A stretch of DNA of 57,955 nucleotides from Octopus bimaculoides (taxonomy: Eukaryota). A program made the position numbers and the translations under genes. The stretch is from positions 112,144,850 through 112,202,804 of the forward strand of contig NC_068983.1 in NCBI RefSeq assembly GCF_001194135.2. Direction: 5' to 3'. Of this stretch, positions 51,705 through 57,955 are shown piece by piece; the first letter of the stretch is position 1, and each line of letters begins with the position of its first letter. Below the pieces are notes generated by a model, which worked only from the letters and a program-made list of their open reading frames with translations, did not search any database and was not told the DNA's origin.

Positions 51705-53046
51705 TAATATATATATATACATATATTTATATATATTTGTATCTTAACCTACATTTGTAAGCAAACTTTCAATCCAAAACAATCAGGTATACCTCCTCTC
51801 AAATTAATGTTCATAAAGTCTCTTTTGCCGCCTACAGTGTCAACAAATATTTCACCTGCAACAAAATGTCTCTGATATTTGGCAGCACTTAACTTTAAAC
51901 TATATATAAAGAACATTGGATGTTTTTGTGTGATTTATTCAATATTTATCATAGTTTTGAACCTGAAATTCTCAATGTTATAATTATGAAAAGACATAAC
52001 ATAGTATATAACTAGTAAAATTGTAAATGTTAAGGAAAAATGCTTGTACAAAATATTGGTGATATTTAATGACCAGTAAGATAGATATAAAATATATAGC
52101 TGATGTACTTGACATTTTATGGGCACTAATGCAAGTAAAGAAGTGTTTCTATTATTTTTCCAATCAAAGTTGATAACACTAAATTTTATGAACTTACATT
52201 TATATCATCTGCTCTTTTCTCTTTGAACCTTCTTGTTAATCTACTACAACATTTAACTGAGCTTAAATAATAATGTTTTATTTAAATATTCTGTGTAAGA
52301 GTTCAAAAATTTAAAACGTGTGTCACATTTCTAGGTATTCTTCTGTTTAGAATAAAAAAGGCTAAAAAATGATTGAATTATGTTCTTATTAAATGTACAG
52401 TTAACATAGTTGTTTAACCAGGAACAGTGCCAGGGTATTCAATGCTGTAGGCCAGACCTAAAATGTGTGCCTCCTTCTCCCAATCTCACAGTGTTCCTCC
52501 CTTTCTCTCAACTCTTCAATATATACAATTAGCATCAATCCTATCTGAATAATTTTACAGATATTCATCTATAAAAATAATTGCTCCAGCAATATGCAAA
52601 TATCGCAATTTTCAGCACTCCTTTCCTACCAGTTCTATTATGATAAAATGGATGCATCAAGTGATGTATCTCCTAGTATGTACATTAAATAGTCTTTTCA
52701 TTAAATGATCTCCTAAAACTGGTCATTAGACTAAAACCAAACACTCTAAATGTTCGTGATATCTAGTTATGTTTAATTTCCTTCATTTAGTTCATTAGAT
52801 ATAGTTGAGGTTTACAGGTGAAAATGTCAATTTAAAACAGGTTTATAGGCAGTTTAGTTATTTTATATTTGTGTGTTGCAGAGCACAGCCAAAATATATA
52901 AGTATGTTTTGCATAGTAATAAGATAAGTCTTGAATATCTTTACAAGAAATTAATATTACAAGTTTTAATGGCAGAATATTTGGCTTATAAATAGAGACA
53001 GAAATATGGATCTGCATGGAAATATCAAAAGCAGCCCATATATTAA

Positions 53047-53254
53047 CCCTTTTCATAGCAACTTGTCTGAGGCTGCTCTTGGTTCTATGACAAGATTCAT
53101 ATTTTAAAATGATAAATCAAAATGTTCCCTCAAAATTTAATGTTATGTTTTCAACACCAGCTTAATAGTGGTAAAGTTGTTTTACAAATCATGATTTTTA
53201 AAATTAATTGAAAGTAAGGTAGTGTATTTCAGCTGAAATATAGTAACAAAAGAG
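53047..53254. mobile_element. piggyBac-like MITE
   Basis: TTAA|cccttttcata ... gtaacaaaagag|TTAG (degenerate TTAA target, CCCTTT-type TIR). Confidence 0.6.
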
Positions 53255-54094
53255 TTAGCCAGTTGCTGTCGTTGGAGTAATGTTCCCTTCTGTGACATTG
53301 ATACAAGCTGTATCTCTATTTGTTGAAAGAACCTGTCATTGGTGTTTGTTGTTTTAGACTTTATGTATGTTAACTACAAAACAACTGTAATAACTTAGGT
53401 GGATTGTTAAGGCATATATATAGAGATTAGAAATATTTGTAACAAATGGAAAATTGATAATTCACTTACCATAAATAAATTCATTAAATTGTAATGTAAT
53501 ATCTTCAATGAGTATACAGATACATACAGCACACATTTGGAAAAAATTCTTGATCAGAAAATGTATGCATGTATTGTGTATGTATGCATGTGTTATATAT
53601 GCATGTATATATTTATGTATGTGCATACATGTGTAGGTAAATACATGTATGTATATATTTATGTATGTATGTGCATATTTGTGTAAGTAAATATATGGGT
53701 CTATATATATGCATGTAAGTATGTGTGTATATAAGTGATCTGACATATACATCCCAATACCACAGATAACTGAATATATATTGGAAAGGTCAATGAAATA
53801 AAAACATTTTTCAACATTAAAAGGGTTTGGAAAAATTGCAATATGAGAGTAAAATGTTTTAGTTGGTTGTCATAGGACTAAAACACTTAATATTCATTTC
53901 TATAAAAGTAACAAAACACAACTAAAACACATGTAATATATAATAAAAGTGTTACTGTATTAATATACTATTAAAAGTCAAAGGTTATTATCATTTGTTT
54001 CCAAGAGCTTTCTTTCAGTATCTGCGTTGTATGTATAATGTAACAGCACTCATTCTAAACATGCATATACAAAAACAAATTCAGGCATAAGAGG

Positions 54095-55375
54095 CATTAG
54101 ATGCTCATATGGTCATGTGATGCATATGGATAAGGACAGCTGTATAAAGAAGTGCTGATTGCATAAAGTGGATTGCACTTGAGGTAAAAAGAAATTCAGG
54201 AAGACACAGGATAAAGTAGTGAAGGCTGATCTCAAGATGTTGAGCCTCATGAAGAAGATGAAAGACTGATTGGTGACATGCTGTGCTTGGGAAGACCAAA
54301 ATGTTACAGCAAAGAGTGGTCCTAAAAGCATTATCCTTATGTCTATGCACTCACCGAGGCTCACCCTTGCACCCAATCTGTCCCTATCGATCCTTCCCCA
54401 TTTCTTATTTTACCTTACTCCCATCCCTTCATCATTCTTCTTACTGTGGCACTATTCAGCTGCTGTAATCATATGAGAACAGAATATACACTCATTTCAT
54501 TTCTTCTTATGCAACCAGTTAACTCCACCTCTCCCTGGAGTCATTTGTTTTTAAAATCCATCCTTCATTCTTGATGCCATCCCTTCCCATTTCATTTTGT
54601 ATGGATCACCCTTTGCTGTGAACCCAGTTATTTCTTCTTCTCCTCTGAGATATATTTTAGGACTGCCATTCCTTGTCTTCAATACCATTTCATATCTGGT
54701 GTTGATAGCCCCCCACCACTATCTTTGCCCCCCCCCCCAATTCACTAACTCCATCTCAGTCACCTCTGACCTCCATCTCTGACACTATACACCTCTCTCT
54801 CTCTCTCGCATTCTCTCACCTTGTACATCATCTCCATATTTTCAGATCTGTCTATCTAAGCTTATTACACTGCAGCTCTCCACCTTTTCTGTACTGCTAT
54901 TTAACTCCTCTTACCTCAACTAAACTCATATATTTCCCCTTTCACCCATTTTCCTATACCAACACTCAGACACCACATCACCACCATCTTTGTCTTGCTA
55001 CCAGCTACTCCTATTCACCCTTATACAATACTAGATAGCTGTGTATCTGCTCTGTAGCAAGATACCATCATGCTTTAGTCTCTCAACACCAGGCAGAAAG
55101 CCACCTTCTTCTTTACTTCAAACCTCACTCAGTTGAAGAGCCTTTTTTCGTTGTCATGCAAGTTCCTTTGTGACTTCACTAGTGCTTATATAACAAAAAA
55201 AAAAATGCATCTGGTATGCTCTATAAAATGGTTGGAAGTAAAAGAGGGACCTAGCCATAGAAATAATGCCAAAGTAGACATTGGAGCTCAACACAGTCAT
55301 CTGGCTTGCTGGATACTGTCAAATCGTTTGACCCATGGCAGCATGAAAACAGACTTTAAATTATGATGATGGTAT
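54095..55375 (+). mobile_element. RTE LINE 3' end with about 1.1-kb pyrimidine-rich 3' UTR
   Basis: YGHVMHMDKDSCIKKC...FRKTQDKVVKADLKMLSL; ends catggcagcatgaaaacagactttaaattatgatgatg. Confidence 0.75.
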
Positions 55376-56237
55376 ATGCATATTTATATATATATTTAAT
55401 TTTCCTTAAATCATATAGAGTTATTTCAGTTTAACTACTCAATATATAATACAAATAAAGAGTTTTATATATTGGTTATTTAATACTTTCTACTGCAATC
55501 ATTTCAGCTAACAAGAAATATTTTCAAGCTCATGTGCATGTAGTCTTGTTTCATCAAATGTGTAATTTGAGCCATGTCAAATATACAGAGCAATATTTTA
55601 CAGCATGCCTACACAGGTTGAGATCCTATTGAACATTGCTTCAGTGTAATGAAATAAAATATTTTTTTCCTTTTTCCTCTTTAAATACATACATAAAGAA
55701 AAGTAGTCTGTGATTGTGCAAAAGAAGCATGCTATTGCTATGTTCATTAAGACTTTACATGATATCCATTTGTTTTTCTAAGCTAGCATGAATGAGCTGT
55801 ATCAGCCTGCCAAAGGTTGTTAAACTAGTGATGAAGTGGATACTAGAAAATTCTGAATAACAAGCATGTTTCTTGTCAAGCATTATGAAGATTAACTGAT
55901 CTTAATTTTGGAGGTTTGCCATTGACAAATTAGATTACCTCCAGTTAACGCTAAGGTAGCTGACCTTTAAATAAGAATTACTTCAGAAATTAATGATCTT
56001 ATTTTCAGTAGCCAAAGTAGTGGTGTTGCAGTTTTCTTTTTGTTTAGAACAAATTGAAGCAGATCCATCAGAACTAAATTCAAAGGCATTCTAGCCCATC
56101 AAATCTTTATTTTTAGAGATTATGTAGAACTATATAATCTAATAAGTTCTTTTTTACCTCATTTATTTATAAGTGTAGGATATCATTTAAGTGAGATTTT
56201 AAGGGCTAGTTCTAATAATGATCAGCAATCCCACTAC

Positions 56238-56409
56238 AAGTGTAGCTGTGTGGTGAGAAGCTTGTTTTCCAACCACATGGTTCTTGGTTCAGTCTTACTA
56301 CATAGCACTTTAGACAAGTGTCTTCTATTATAGCCTTGGTCCAACCAAAGCCTTGTGAGGGATTTTGTTAGATAGAAACAGAAAGAAGCTTGTTGCGTGT
56401 GTTAGTGTG

Positions 56410-56491
<82 letters not shown>

Positions 56492-56700
56492 TTTGTGTCC
56501 ATGTTTGTCCGCCCATCACCTCTTGACAACGAGTGTTGGTGTGCTTACATCTCTGTAACTTAGAAGTTTGGCAAAACAGACCAATAGAATAAGTACTTGG
56601 TTTAAAAAATAAGTCATAAGGTCGATTTGATTGACTAAAACCCTTCAAGGTGGTGCTCCAGCACGGCCACAGTCAAATGACTGAAACAAGTAAAAACATA
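56238..56700 (+). mobile_element. SINE family B, full length with internal (TG)n
   Basis: gtagctgtgtggtgagaagcttg...ggtggtgctccagcacggccacagtcaaatgactgaaacaag. Confidence 0.9.
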
Positions 56701-57704
56701 AAGGAATCAAGTGGAGGCTCTCCCATTGGCTGAGAGCCAAATTTGCAAAAGACAGAAAAAAGTGACTGAATTATGATTATACAGTATCAGATGTACACTT
56801 AATTCATTTGAATAAGTAGGATCAACACCAGGGTACTCTTAGGTCAGTCCTAAAATGTGAGTCTACTTCTCTCAGTCCTATAATGTTTGCTCCTTCTCCC
56901 AGTGCCACAATATTTGTCCCTCTTCTCCCAGTTCAGCTCTGAAAGACTCTACTTTTAATTTATTTGTAGATCATCTTTTTCCCCCATCGTCCTCACTACA
57001 CTAGCCACAAAATGCTGTCAAAAATTTATAATTACTCTGTGAACAGAAAATCTAGAGCGCTATGATAGTGTATATCTATGAGTAACATTACTACTTGGCA
57101 AAATCTGAAATATTTCACATCAAATCATAGGACAAGGCAACACACAACCCTTTCATCTTCTTGCCTTTCATCCATTTTTGTTTCAGGACCAACTTCACCA
57201 TGCGAAGTCAGTGTTGAATGTATGTATACTTGTGTGTAACCATATCTCTTTTTGACCTAACAACATAGTTGTAAGCAAGTATCACTGTCATCAATGTCGT
57301 ATCCTTACTTTTCAGTCATCTGTGAAAGTAAGTCCGGTTATATTATTTTATTTGGAAAAAGGAGAGGGCTGGTCACAGAAAGAGCAATCAATCTTAAAAA
57401 TTCAACTCCAAAAATTCCATCTTATTTAAGCAAACAACAGAAAGTAGATGTTAAAATGATGACAATGATGATGGTACATATGTTTTTTAACCTATTTACA
57501 TGCTATTATTTGTAGATTTATCTACTCATAGTTCCATAGTAAGCAATGATATGTTTTATATCTGTTGAAATTTCTAAATTTGTATAACATAAACTGTATA
57601 CATATATAGACATATATACATACATTCACACATACAGGTTCCTCTCTCTGTTCCTTAGGACATTTTCCATTTCACATTTGTGTTACCTCACATATGTCCA
57701 TTGT

Positions 57705-57750
<46 letters not shown>

Positions 57751-57955
57751 TTCTTTTTCTATTGTATTTGTATTTAGTTGTATTATTATTATTTTGTTGT
57801 ATACGTAAGAGTGTCACATTATTTTAGCCTGTCTTGTTTGTTTTGTCCTTGCCATATATTTTCATTAGCTATTCCCAGAAGCTTTCTGCTCTGGCACTTC
57901 TACGATAGAGTGGTGTCAATATTAAAAACATGAAATCACTATGATCATTTGGACT

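Overview
AT-rich, repeat-saturated animal genomic DNA from a gapped draft assembly. The SINE/LINE repertoire and dense (TA)n/(TG)n/(GAT)n tracts resemble coleoid cephalopod (Octopus-like) DNA; this is an inference from recalled repeat families, not a database result. No intact host gene, RNA gene or CRISPR array can be supported, and almost all listed ORFs are microsatellite read-through, N-gap artefacts or transposon remnants. Recognisable retroelements: a young 5'-truncated Tx1/L1-type LINE, a second Tx1 3' fragment, many RTE-clade pieces (including BovB-like 3' ends), a CR1/L2-like 3' end, several Penelope-like pieces and three tRNA-derived SINE families. Recognisable DNA elements: DD34D mariner, DD37D maT, pogo/Tigger-like, Tc1- and piggyBac-like MITEs and a Helitron. 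Most notable: an unexplained 133-bp inverted repeat pair 3 kb apart, a loop-less 341-bp palindrome, a SINE tail matching the CR1-like LINE tail, a Penelope fold-back plus a hammerhead-like relic, and speculative plus-strand exons (a PH-helix-like exon and a phase-compatible micro-exon chain ending in a hydrophobic tail).
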